Notes under the pieces: model-generated
What the model was told of the DNA's origin: nothing
What the model saw: only the letters and a program-made list of their open reading frames with translations
Databases searched by the model: none
Part shown: piece by piece, positions 18,735 through 27,794 of the stretch
Position numbering within the stretch: position 1 is the first letter of the stretch
How the letters are laid out: every line of letters begins with the position of its first letter
Made by a program: the position numbers and the translations under genes
Assembly: GCA_964445385.1 (NCBI GenBank)
Contig: CAYULE010000002.1
Coordinates: 1-41,721, forward strand
DNA from: an uncultured Smithella sp.
GTDB taxonomy: Bacteria; Desulfobacterota; Syntrophia; Syntrophales; Smithellaceae
Reading direction: 5' to 3'
Length of the DNA: 41,721 bases

Positions 18735-18846
18735 CTATCACTCCCTATGACATGAAAAGTATTGCATAAAACAGAACGCAACATTCATACGATAGATAAT
18801 TCTTACACCATTGGTAAAAAAATTGTCAAGAGAAAGGTAATTTTTA

Positions 18847-18897
18847 TTGACAAATAAATTAACTAGTGTTTAAAAATCTACTCACAGTAGGATTTTT
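18847..18897 (+). promoter_or_regulatory. Candidate promoter with overlapping inverted repeat (putative TetR operator) for the carboxylase operon
   Basis: TTGACA at 18847-18852, then an A-rich -10-like TAAAAA(T) about 18 nt later. Core inverted repeat CTACT-cac-AGTAG at 18878-18890, flanked by AAAAAT / GATTTTT arms (18872-18897, with a one-base offset). Confidence 0.3.
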
Positions 18898-19042
18898 ACT
18901 CTTGGTTAATATAATTTGACAGAAATAACATCAGGGGTGAGTGATGACAAGCCAGTGTTCGGATGACCATCCCCCTTTTGCCAAAATGACGCGACACAAT
19001 GATAAATAACAGGTAATTCGTCAAGACGTACAGGAGGTATCT

Positions 19043-20191
19043 ATGGATTTCTCTCTCTCAAAAGAACAACGCATGTTCAGGGAAACTGTGTACCGCTATG
19101 GCAGAGACGAGATCGCACCTCTCTGCGAAGAGGCCGATCTCAAAGGAGAGTTCAGCTTTGAGATCTGGAAAAAGCTTGCCTCCTTCGGGATACTCGGTTT
19201 GCCCTTTCCCGAGGATCTAGGAGGATCGGGGGCTGACATCCAAACCTGTTGCCTGGCCGGGGAGGCCCTGGGGCATGCGGGTGTGGATGGCGGCAGTTTG
19301 CTTGCCTGGGGCGCCCACACTTATCTGTGCGCCTATAACATCTTTGCCTTCGGCACCGAAGATCAGAAACGGAAATATGTGCCGAAGCTTGCCTCGGGCG
19401 AATGGATCGGATGCATGGGCCTCACCGAGCCGGGGTCCGGATCCGATGCCGCCTCCATTTCGACCACAGCGGTGAAGAGGGGTGACCGTTATGTTCTCAA
19501 TGGGTCCAAGACCTTCATTACCAATGCCCCGGTTGCCGATGTTTTTGTTGTGTTTGCCAATGTCAACAAAGCCAAAAAGCACGAGGGGATTACCGCCTTC
19601 ATCATCGAAAAAGGCACCCCCGGGCTCTCAACCGGCAAGCCCTTCCACAAGCTGGGGTGCAAGTGTTCAGCCACATCAGAGGTGTTTCTCGAAGACTGTG
19701 AAGTCCCGGAGCAAAACATTCTGGCAGGCGAAGGACAGGGCTGGCTTATCGCGCTGAGCGGTGTCGAATGGGACCGCTGCACCCTGCTGTCTCCAATGCT
19801 TGGCGCGGTCCTCAATAATCTCGATTCTTGCGCCCGTTATGCCAATGAGCGTTATCAGTTCGGACGCCCCATCAGGAATTTTCAGGCTATTCAACATCGG
19901 ATTGCCGATATGAAGGTCTTTGTCGAAGCGGTCAGGCTCGCTATTTATCGGGTTGCCTCCGCCAAGGACAATGGTCAGATGCTGAACCCTCTGCAGGCGG
20001 CGGTCAGTAAAGTATATGCCGGTGACAGAGGATTCGAGATGGCATCGGAGGCTGTACAGATCTTCGGTGGTTATGGGTTTATGCATGAGTACTCCGTAGA
20101 AAGAAATTTCCGTGATTCAAAACTGGCAGCTATCGGCGGGGGCACATCGGATATCATGCGCATGATCGTATCCAGGATAATGATGATGTAA
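19043..20191 (+). CDS. Acyl-CoA dehydrogenase, IVD/LCAD-like architecture (no Glu at the C-terminal base position)
   Basis: 382 aa. AGGAGG RBS. FAD/substrate motifs CMGLTEPGSGSD and GSKTFITNA. The C-terminal motif IGGGTSDIMR has Gly where MCAD/SCAD-type enzymes carry the catalytic Glu. Confidence 0.9.
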   Translation: MDFSLSKEQRMFRETVYRYGRDEIAPLCEEADLKGEFSFEIWKKLASFGILGLPFPEDLGGSGADIQTCCLAGEALGHAGVDGGSLLAWGAHTYLCAYNIFAFGTEDQKRKYVPKLASGEWIGCMGLTEPGSGSDAASISTTAVKRGDRYVLNGSKTFITNAPVADVFVVFANVNKAKKHEGITAFIIEKGTPGLSTGKPFHKLGCKCSATSEVFLEDCEVPEQNILAGEGQGWLIALSGVEWDRCTLLSPMLGAVLNNLDSCARYANERYQFGRPIRNFQAIQHRIADMKVFVEAVRLAIYRVASAKDNGQMLNPLQAAVSKVYAGDRGFEMASEAVQIFGGYGFMHEYSVERNFRDSKLAAIGGGTSDIMRMIVSRIMMM

Positions 20192-20209
20192 TTCTGAGGG
20201 GGTAACCGA

Positions 20210-21367
20210 ATGGACTATCAACTTTCTCCACAAGAAGCAAAAATGCAACAGGATCTGGCTGCTTTCTGCAAGACCGAGATAGCACCCAGGGCTAAGATGC
20301 TCGACCACAGTTCACGCCTGGAAGCATGCACACATATGAAGGAAAACTTGAAGATACTTTCACGGGGAGGATGCCTGGAACCGGGATATAGCGGCGACGT
20401 CATCGACCTGATCGCCGTTTATCTTGCCGGCGAGGAGATTGCAAAGGCTTGTCCGGCGACATTCCTGAGCGCCCGTGCGAGCGCCTTCCTGTGCGCCGGC
20501 GCATTAAGACTGTTTGGCACGCACCAGCAGAAGCAACAGTATATCCCCGCCCTGATGAAGGCCGAACAAGTGGGTGCGTTTGCCTATTCCGAAGAACAGG
20601 CCGGCTCGGATATGGCAGCGATCACGACCGTCGCACACAAGGATGGTGAAGCGTGGCTGCTCAATGGCGCCAAGAATGTTGTGGTAAATGCCCCGATCGC
20701 AGATGTATTTCTCGTCCTTGCCTATAGTGAAAAAGATGCCGGCGCTGAGAGCGGCATGAGTATCTTCATCTGCGATAAAGATGCAGAAGGTTTAAGGATC
20801 GGAGAACCGATAGAGACCATGGGCTTGCGGGGAGTTCCTATGGCGGCCATCTCTATGAACAATTGTGCTGCTGATATTTTGGGGGCTACACCAGGAAAAG
20901 GCTATGAACAAATCAGCCGAATTCTTACCATGGGCAAAGTGGGCATCGCGGCGCTGTGCGTGGGTATTGGGAATGCCTGCACGGAAATTTCAGTTAAACA
21001 TGCGAAGGAACGGAAATCGTTCGGCAAGCCGATCGGATTGTATCAGGATGTCGGTTTCAGGCTGGCAGACATGTTCACGATCAACGATCTGGGGCGCATG
21101 CTCGCCTTAAAGGCGGCATGGGCAATCAATACCGGCGATAACGACGCCGATGTTCTGGCCGCAAGCGCAAAACTCTTTGCCAGTGAAGCGGTAACAAAGA
21201 TTGTTAACTGGGGCATGCAGATCTTTGCCGGTCACGGCTATGTCGCAGGTAGTGATATTGAAAGGTTCTACCGTGATGCCAGATTCGGAGAAATCTGTGA
21301 GGGCACATCGGAAATTCAACGTTCTATGATTGCCCGTAGAGAATTGGACAGGTTTCTGCCGGCATAG
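20210..21367 (+). CDS. Acyl-CoA dehydrogenase, SCAD/MCAD-like catalytic base, divergent FAD-contact motifs
   Basis: 385 aa, 18 nt after the previous gene. Canonical GEICEGTSEIQR, but AYSEEQAGSD and GAKNVVVNA sit in place of the usual TEPxxGSD and W/F-I-T-N motifs. Confidence 0.85.
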   Translation: MDYQLSPQEAKMQQDLAAFCKTEIAPRAKMLDHSSRLEACTHMKENLKILSRGGCLEPGYSGDVIDLIAVYLAGEEIAKACPATFLSARASAFLCAGALRLFGTHQQKQQYIPALMKAEQVGAFAYSEEQAGSDMAAITTVAHKDGEAWLLNGAKNVVVNAPIADVFLVLAYSEKDAGAESGMSIFICDKDAEGLRIGEPIETMGLRGVPMAAISMNNCAADILGATPGKGYEQISRILTMGKVGIAALCVGIGNACTEISVKHAKERKSFGKPIGLYQDVGFRLADMFTINDLGRMLALKAAWAINTGDNDADVLAASAKLFASEAVTKIVNWGMQIFAGHGYVAGSDIERFYRDARFGEICEGTSEIQRSMIARRELDRFLPA

Positions 21368-21459
21368 GGAATGATCACGGCCTTCAATCAGATGGATGAT
21401 ACCGAATAGATGCGGTTGCCGGTGATGAAAACGAATGGGTGAGTAAAAAAAGGTGAAAT

Positions 21460-23079
21460 ATGATGGATATCATAGAATCAAAAGTTGATACCAACTCCGG
21501 GGAGTACAAGAAAAAATATGAGGTTATGGAATCCCTGGTGGCGGACCTCAAAAAAGAATTAAAAAAAGCCAGGGATGAGAGACCTCAGAAAGACATCGAC
21601 CGTTTGGCTGCTCAGGGTAAAATGCCCGTGCGCAAGAAGCTTGATCTGCTCCTCGACAGGAATACGCCGTTTCTGGAAATTGCCCCGCTTGCGGCCAGAG
21701 GTATGTATGACGGGAAGGTTCACGCTGCCGGTCTGGTTGCCGGTATCGGTATCGTAGGAGGCCGTGAGGTTTTAGTTGTGGCTAGTGATGCCACGATTAA
21801 GGGCGGCGCCGTCTATCCCATGGGAGTCAAGAAGAACCTGCGATGTCAGACGATCTGCATGGAAAACCGCCTCCCGATGATCAATCTTCTGGACTCCGCC
21901 GGGGCATACCTGCCTCTGCAATCGGAAATATTCCCGGACATCGATGATGGCGGCAGGATCTTTTACAATCAGGCTGTCATCTCCAAAATGGGAATCCCCC
22001 AAATAACGGCGGTGATGGGTCTCTGTACGGCAGGGGGCGCCTATGTCCCTGCCATGTCAGACGAGGTGGTGCACGTGAAGGGCACGGGCGCCATCTTCCT
22101 TGGCGGACCTCCCCTTGTGAAAGCGGCAACGGGAGAAGAAGTGACGGCTGATCAGCTCGGCGGTGCTGAAGTGCATTGTATTGAATCAGGTGTTTCGGAC
22201 TATTTCGCAGAAGATGACGCTCACGCCATTTCCATCGTTCGCAAGATTGTCGAAACGCTGCCGAAAAATGAGAAGGCAAAACTAACCCTGCGTGAGCCCA
22301 AACCACCTGCCTACGATCCCAGGGAAATCTATGGGATAGCAAGTGAAGATCTGAAGATACCCTATGACTGCCGGGAGGTCATCGCGCGCATTGTCGATGG
22401 CAGTGAATTTTTAGAGTTCAAGGAGCTCTATGGACCAACGCTTGTTTGCGGATTTGCCTACATTCACGGCTATCCTGTCGGAATACTGGGAAATAACGGG
22501 ATTTTGTTCTCAGACAGCTCCCTGAAAGCCACCCAGTTCATCCAGATCTGCGACCGGCGCAAAATCCCCCTTGTCTTTTTGCAGAACATTAACGGCTATA
22601 TTATCGGCAGGCAGTATGAGCGGCTGGGCATCACGAAGGACGGCCATAAGATGGTCAATGCCGTCTCCACCTGTACTGTGCCGAAATTTACGGTCATTAT
22701 CGGAGCATCTTTCGGGGCGGGCAACTATGGAATGTGCGGCCGGGCTTATTCGCCGCGCTTTCTGTGGATGTGGCCCAACGCCCAGATTGGCGTTATGGGT
22801 GGCGAACAGGCCGCCGGCGTGCTGATTACCCTGAAGAACGACCAGAACGCCAAAGCCGGCTTGCCGCCTATGACAGCACAGGAAGAGGCATCCATCCGTG
22901 TTCCAATCGCAGAAGCGGCCAAGAAGGAGGGAGATGCCTATTACAGCACAACCAACATCTGGGATGACGGCATCATCGACCCGGCTGATACGCGTAATAT
23001 CCTGGGGTTGGCTATTTCCGCCGCGCTGAATGCGCCCATCCGCGATGATGTGACAGGATTCGGCATCTTCAGGATGTAG
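21460..23079 (+). CDS. Carboxyltransferase (beta) subunit of a methylcrotonyl-CoA / geranyl-CoA carboxylase-type enzyme
   Basis: 539 aa, collinear with the MCC-beta family. Motifs PVRKKLDLLLDRNTPFLEI, VVASDATIKGGAVYPMGVKK, RLPMINLLDSAGAYLP, GLCTAGGAYVPAMSDE and IFLGGPPLVKAATGEEV. The start could instead be the second ATG at 21463. Confidence 0.9.
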   Translation: MMDIIESKVDTNSGEYKKKYEVMESLVADLKKELKKARDERPQKDIDRLAAQGKMPVRKKLDLLLDRNTPFLEIAPLAARGMYDGKVHAAGLVAGIGIVGGREVLVVASDATIKGGAVYPMGVKKNLRCQTICMENRLPMINLLDSAGAYLPLQSEIFPDIDDGGRIFYNQAVISKMGIPQITAVMGLCTAGGAYVPAMSDEVVHVKGTGAIFLGGPPLVKAATGEEVTADQLGGAEVHCIESGVSDYFAEDDAHAISIVRKIVETLPKNEKAKLTLREPKPPAYDPREIYGIASEDLKIPYDCREVIARIVDGSEFLEFKELYGPTLVCGFAYIHGYPVGILGNNGILFSDSSLKATQFIQICDRRKIPLVFLQNINGYIIGRQYERLGITKDGHKMVNAVSTCTVPKFTVIIGASFGAGNYGMCGRAYSPRFLWMWPNAQIGVMGGEQAAGVLITLKNDQNAKAGLPPMTAQEEASIRVPIAEAAKKEGDAYYSTTNIWDDGIIDPADTRNILGLAISAALNAPIRDDVTGFGIFRM

Positions 23080-23090
23080 GGGGGTATAAC

Positions 23091-24578
23091 ATGTTTGATA
23101 AGATACTTATCGCCAACCGAGGCGAAATCGTCGTCCGCATTATCGCCACCTGCCGGGAAATGGGCATCAAGACGGTTGCCGTCTATTCCGAAGCCGACCG
23201 GGCCGCCCTTCATGTTCTTGAGGCTGACCAGGCTGTCTGTCTTGGACCTTCAAGTCCGGCGGAAAGCTATCTCAACATGGATAAGATCATTGCTGCAGCC
23301 AGACAGACCGGGGCTCAGGCCATTCATCCGGGCTATGGGTTCCTGGCGGAGAACCCCGCTTTTGCCGAGCGCTGCGAACGAGAAGGCCTGGTTTTCATCG
23401 GTCCCCATTCACAGGCAATCCGCGATCTGGGAAATAAGACCGTGGCACGGCGCATTATGATGGAAAGCCACGTCCCTGTCATTCCGGGCATGATGGCAGC
23501 GGAAGCGAAACCGGATATTCTGGCTCGTGAAGCGGAGCGGATCGGATATCCGGTCATCATCAAGGCAGCGGCCGGCGGAGGCGGCAAAGGAATGCGGATT
23601 GTACGATCGCCGAAGGAATTCCGGGAGGCCGCCATTTCAGCCGTAAGCGAAGCCAGAAGCGCCTTCGGAAATGGAGACATCTATCTGGAAAAATATTTCG
23701 AAAAGTCGCGCCATATCGAATTCCAGATCCTCGCCGATGGGCAGGGCAACATGATCCATCTTCTGGAACGGGAGTGCTCCATCCAGAGGCGTCACCAGAA
23801 GATTATCGAGGAAACGCCGTCTCCTGTCCTGACGCCGTCACTCCGGAAGGTCATGGGAGAAGCGGCGGTGGCCGCCGCCAAAGCCGCAGGCTATGTTAAC
23901 GCGGGGACGGTGGAGTTTTTACTGGATGAGACAGGGAATTTCTATTTTCTGGAAGTCAACACCCGCTTGCAGGTGGAACATCCCATTACGGAAATGATCA
24001 CCGGCATCGATCTGGTGCGTCAACAGATCGAAATTGCTGCCGGCAACCCCCTGAAACTTACCCAGGACGATATCATCGGCCGGGGGCATGCCATGGAATG
24101 CCGAATTTATGCCGAAGATCCTCTGAGCGGCTTTCTGCCATCGCCGGGGAAAATCCATTTCGTCTTGGAACCCCGGGGGCCAGGCATCCGGAATGACGGC
24201 GGTGTTTATTCCGGCTACACCGTCCCGATGGAGTACGACCCTATCCTGTCGAAGCTGATCACCCATGCGGAAAATAGACAGGAGTGCATCGGCAGGATGA
24301 TCAAGGCATTGAAGGACTATGTGGTCCTTGGTGTTCTGACGCCCATCCCCTTCCTGATAGATATCCTGTTATCAGAGGCGTTCATCAAGGGAGAAACCTT
24401 CACGGACTTCATCGACACGCATTTTGCCGACTGGCATCCCGCCATGGAAGGCGTTGACCTGGCCTGTCTGGCCTATATTGTTGATGATCTGGCCAACCGC
24501 AGAACAAAGGGCGACTTCACTCTCACGGATCGTGAAGCCCATTCGCCGTGGCAGACGCTGGGAAATTTCCGGCCATAA
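23091..24578 (+). CDS. Biotin carboxylase (ATP-grasp), stand-alone, with no fused biotinyl domain
   Basis: 495 aa. Motifs MFDKILIANRGEIVVRII, YPVIIKAAAGGGGKGMRIV, ERECSIQRRHQKIIEE and FLEVNTRLQVEHPITE. Ends in a clean stop at 24578. Confidence 0.9.
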   Translation: MFDKILIANRGEIVVRIIATCREMGIKTVAVYSEADRAALHVLEADQAVCLGPSSPAESYLNMDKIIAAARQTGAQAIHPGYGFLAENPAFAERCEREGLVFIGPHSQAIRDLGNKTVARRIMMESHVPVIPGMMAAEAKPDILAREAERIGYPVIIKAAAGGGGKGMRIVRSPKEFREAAISAVSEARSAFGNGDIYLEKYFEKSRHIEFQILADGQGNMIHLLERECSIQRRHQKIIEETPSPVLTPSLRKVMGEAAVAAAKAAGYVNAGTVEFLLDETGNFYFLEVNTRLQVEHPITEMITGIDLVRQQIEIAAGNPLKLTQDDIIGRGHAMECRIYAEDPLSGFLPSPGKIHFVLEPRGPGIRNDGGVYSGYTVPMEYDPILSKLITHAENRQECIGRMIKALKDYVVLGVLTPIPFLIDILLSEAFIKGETFTDFIDTHFADWHPAMEGVDLACLAYIVDDLANRRTKGDFTLTDREAHSPWQTLGNFRP

Positions 24579-24609
24579 TTGAATGCAGGAACAATAGCGG
24601 AGATACGAA

Positions 24610-25134
24610 ATGCACTATAACCTGAAAATTGGTAACCAGACACTTCCGGTGGAAGCCGACCTCAGAGATGACGGAACATTTCTGGCCAGGATTGGTGAGA
24701 AGAGTTTCACCGCCCGCCACCAGATTATTTCGGAAAACCAGATCCACATTGAGGTTGAAGGTATCGGCCGAAGCATCTATGTGGCTGGCAGTGACGATGG
24801 CAAGCTTATCAACATGAATGGCACGACCTATCTGGTTCAGGACGCAGACATTCTTGCCCGGAGCAGCACGAGAAGGCGGAGTCAAAAGGATCTCCCCCAG
24901 GAGGTCACACCGCCCATGCCGTCAGTCGTGGAGCGTATTATGGTAGCCGAGGGCGATTGTGTAGAAAAGGGTCAGAGTGTCGTTGTCGTAACGGCCATGA
25001 AGATGTTGACTACTCTTTGCGCACCATTCAAAGGAAAGGTTTTGAAAATCAATATTGCCGTGGGAGATAAGGTCATGCCCGGCCAGATCCTTGTCGATAT
25101 CGAAAAAGAAGAAACTGAAATGTCTCAGGAATAA
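24610..25134 (+). CDS. Biotin carboxyl carrier protein (beta-rich N-terminal segment plus biotinyl domain)
   Basis: 174 aa. GGAGA RBS about 7 nt upstream. Biotinylation motif VTAMKM, with the Lys codon at 25000-25002. The domain begins PMPSVVERIMVAEGDCVEKGQ. Confidence 0.8.
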   Translation: MHYNLKIGNQTLPVEADLRDDGTFLARIGEKSFTARHQIISENQIHIEVEGIGRSIYVAGSDDGKLINMNGTTYLVQDADILARSSTRRRSQKDLPQEVTPPMPSVVERIMVAEGDCVEKGQSVVVVTAMKMLTTLCAPFKGKVLKINIAVGDKVMPGQILVDIEKEETEMSQE

Positions 25135-25170
25135 GATCGAGTCCTTGTTTCATGAAGGGAGACCCAAGAG

Positions 25171-25953
25171 ATGCCTGAAGAGATGACTCAAGACCATGTA
25201 CTCTATCGTCTGGAAAACCATGCGGCCCACATTACCATCAACCGCGACGAACAAAGAAATACCATTACCGCGGAAGCCGTCGCCCTTTTCCTCTCCTATC
25301 TGGACAGGGCCGAGGCTGATCAAGCCGTGCGGGCTGTGTTGATTACCGGGGCGGGGGAAAAGGCCTTTTGCACAGGAGCTCAATTGGGAGACGGCGTTTC
25401 GGCAGAAGGGAAGAAAGCCTTCGAGGATTACGCCCGGCTGCTCAAGCGCCTGGCTACATTTCCTAAACCCACCATGGCCCGGGTCAAGGGTTTCTGTCTG
25501 GCCGGCGGCATGGGCTTCATGCTGGCCTGCGATATTGTTGTCGCCAGTGAGGATTCCCGGTTCGGCACCCCCGAGGTTAATGTCGGACTATGGCCTATGA
25601 TGATCGGAGCCCTCATCTTCCGGAATGTTCCCAGAAAGAAAGCCATGGAGATGATTCTCCTGGGAGAGCGCCTGGACGCTCAGGCGGCACTGGACATGGG
25701 TTTGATTACCCGTGTGGTGCCTGTTGACAAGTTGGATGGAGAGGTAAATACCATTTTGCAGAATCTGGCTGCTAAAAGCCCGATTGGAATCAAGCTTGGT
25801 AAACAAGCCTTCCAGGAATCCGCCGAAATGTCTCTGGAAGAAGCACTGGATAACCTCGCCATGAAGTTCTTAGCCGTAGCCTCAACAGAGGACGCCCGGG
25901 AAGGTATCACGGCCTTTATTGAAAAAAGGAAGCCGAAATTTACAGGAAGATAA
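25171..25953 (+). CDS. Enoyl-CoA hydratase/isomerase (crotonase) family protein, single catalytic Glu
   Basis: 260 aa. An ungapped alignment to the crotonase core gives GFCLAGGMGFMLACD (Gly at the first Glu position) and FGTPEVNVGL (second Glu conserved). Confidence 0.85.
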   Translation: MPEEMTQDHVLYRLENHAAHITINRDEQRNTITAEAVALFLSYLDRAEADQAVRAVLITGAGEKAFCTGAQLGDGVSAEGKKAFEDYARLLKRLATFPKPTMARVKGFCLAGGMGFMLACDIVVASEDSRFGTPEVNVGLWPMMIGALIFRNVPRKKAMEMILLGERLDAQAALDMGLITRVVPVDKLDGEVNTILQNLAAKSPIGIKLGKQAFQESAEMSLEEALDNLAMKFLAVASTEDAREGITAFIEKRKPKFTGR

Positions 25954-25965
25954 AAGGAAAGAAAC

Positions 25966-27744
25966 ATGGAAACAAACAACCATCACAAAAGTAATAAAGT
26001 CATCATTGCCAACTGCAGCGGCTTTTTCGGGGATCGTTTCAGCGCGGCCAGAGAAATGGTTCAGGGAGGGTCTATTGATTTCCTCACCGGTGATTATCTG
26101 GCGGAACTGACCATGGCGATTCTCTTTCGGGCCAAGAGCAAAGATCCGAACGGCGGTTATGTATCCACATTTCTCAAACAGATGGAACAAATCATGGGAG
26201 AATGCCTCGACCGAAAGATCCGCGTCGTGTCCAATGCGGGGGGACTGAATCCAAAAGCATTAGCCGCGGAATTGGAACGGATCGCTGAAAAACTGGGGCT
26301 GCATCCCAGGATCGCCTGTATCGAAGGAGACGATCTCATGGGGCGTCTGGCGGATCTCCAGGCGGCCGGGGAGCCTTTTATTCATATGGACAAGGGAATT
26401 GCCTTGAAGGATTCCAAAGCGATTACGATCTCAGCCAATGCCTACCTAGGGTGCTGGGGCATCGTCAACGCCCTTGCGCAGGGCGCCGATATCGTCGTGG
26501 GCGGCCGGATTGCTGATGCTTCCATTGTGGTTGGGCCCGCGGCCTGGTGGCACGGCTGGAAGCAAAATGAATGGGACAAACTGGCCGGCGCCACAACGGC
26601 AGGGCATATTATCGAATGCGGCACCCAGGCGACAGGCGGGAATTATTCTTTTATCGAAGAAGTGCCCAGTTTTAAAAATGTCGGGTTTCCTGTTGCCGAA
26701 ATTGCCGAAGACGGTTCTTTCGTGATTACAAAACATCCCGGCACGGGCGGGCTTGTTTCAGTGGATACAGTCAAGGCGCAGCTCCTTTATGAGATCAGCT
26801 CTCCAAGCTATCTGACCCCGGATGTAATAGCCCGCTTTGATACGATCAGGATCTCAGGGGAGGCACCCGACCGGGTCAAAGTCGACAGTGTTCGGGGTGA
26901 GCCGCCAACGGCCACTGCCAAGGTTTGTATAAATACGCTGGGCGGTTTTCGTAATGCCATGACGATCCTTCTCACCGGCCTCGATATTGAGAAAAAGGCC
27001 CGGATTCTCGAAGATACCCTTTTCGACGCTCTGGGCGGCAAGGACCAGTATCAGCAGGTCGAAGTCCAGCTCATCCGATCCGATAAGATTGATCCGGCCA
27101 CCAATGAGGAGGCCTTCGCCTACCTGCGCATTACCGTCATTGATCCCGATCAGAAGAAAGTTGCCCGGGTTTCATCTCAGATCGTTGAGCTGGCCCTGGC
27201 AAACATTCCCGGCTTTACCGGCACGGCGCCGCCATCGAAGGGATCTCCCGCCATTATGTATTGGCCGGCTCTCGTTTCCAGCCGTCACATCCATCAGAAA
27301 GTTACCATGGACGGAAAGGAATTTATCATTGAATCCGCCTCCCCCGTGGAAGGGTTTATTCCGCCGAAACCACTGAGTATCGACCTGCCTTCTGCGCCGC
27401 GCGGCAAGACAAACCGGCTGCCCTTAGGCCGCTTATATGCGACCCGTTCCGGCGATAAAGGGGGGAACGCAAATCTTGGGATATGGGCCAAAACGCCGGA
27501 GGCCTTCGCTTTTCTCCGCGAATATTTAACGACTGAGAAGCTCAAAGAACTGCTTAAGGATCTGAAGGGCTATGAAATGGAGCGTTATGAGCTGCCCAAC
27601 CTGCTGGCTGTGAATTTCTATATCCGGGGAATCCTTGGCGAAGGCGTTGCCGCGTCACTCAGGCTGGATGGCCAGGCCAAGACCCTGGGCGAGTACCTGC
27701 GAGCCAGAATCGTGGATATACCGGAGTTACTGATGTCAAATTGA
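25966..27744 (+). CDS. atuA: AtuA-family protein (DUF1446, acyclic terpene utilisation family), function unknown
   Basis: 592 aa. The N-terminus VIIANCSGFFGDRFSAAREMVQGGSIDFLTGDYLAELTMAIL and VVSNAGGLNPKALAAEL match my recollection of DUF1446. The C-terminal RSGDKGGNANLGIW...ERYELPNLLAVNF matches the AtuA tail. Confidence 0.8.
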   Translation: METNNHHKSNKVIIANCSGFFGDRFSAAREMVQGGSIDFLTGDYLAELTMAILFRAKSKDPNGGYVSTFLKQMEQIMGECLDRKIRVVSNAGGLNPKALAAELERIAEKLGLHPRIACIEGDDLMGRLADLQAAGEPFIHMDKGIALKDSKAITISANAYLGCWGIVNALAQGADIVVGGRIADASIVVGPAAWWHGWKQNEWDKLAGATTAGHIIECGTQATGGNYSFIEEVPSFKNVGFPVAEIAEDGSFVITKHPGTGGLVSVDTVKAQLLYEISSPSYLTPDVIARFDTIRISGEAPDRVKVDSVRGEPPTATAKVCINTLGGFRNAMTILLTGLDIEKKARILEDTLFDALGGKDQYQQVEVQLIRSDKIDPATNEEAFAYLRITVIDPDQKKVARVSSQIVELALANIPGFTGTAPPSKGSPAIMYWPALVSSRHIHQKVTMDGKEFIIESASPVEGFIPPKPLSIDLPSAPRGKTNRLPLGRLYATRSGDKGGNANLGIWAKTPEAFAFLREYLTTEKLKELLKDLKGYEMERYELPNLLAVNFYIRGILGEGVAASLRLDGQAKTLGEYLRARIVDIPELLMSN

Positions 27745-27794
27745 GACTGTCGGCTTTCTTGGATGGATGATAAACAGGGATCGGTGCATCAGGA

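Noticed and set aside
23091-25134. The idea that the BC/BCCP split is a frameshifted pseudogene of a fused alpha subunit.
   Set aside because: BC ends in a clean stop, followed by a 31-nt spacer. The second ORF then has its own GGAGA RBS and ATG. Both ORFs are intact with conserved motifs. Sequencing error cannot be fully excluded.
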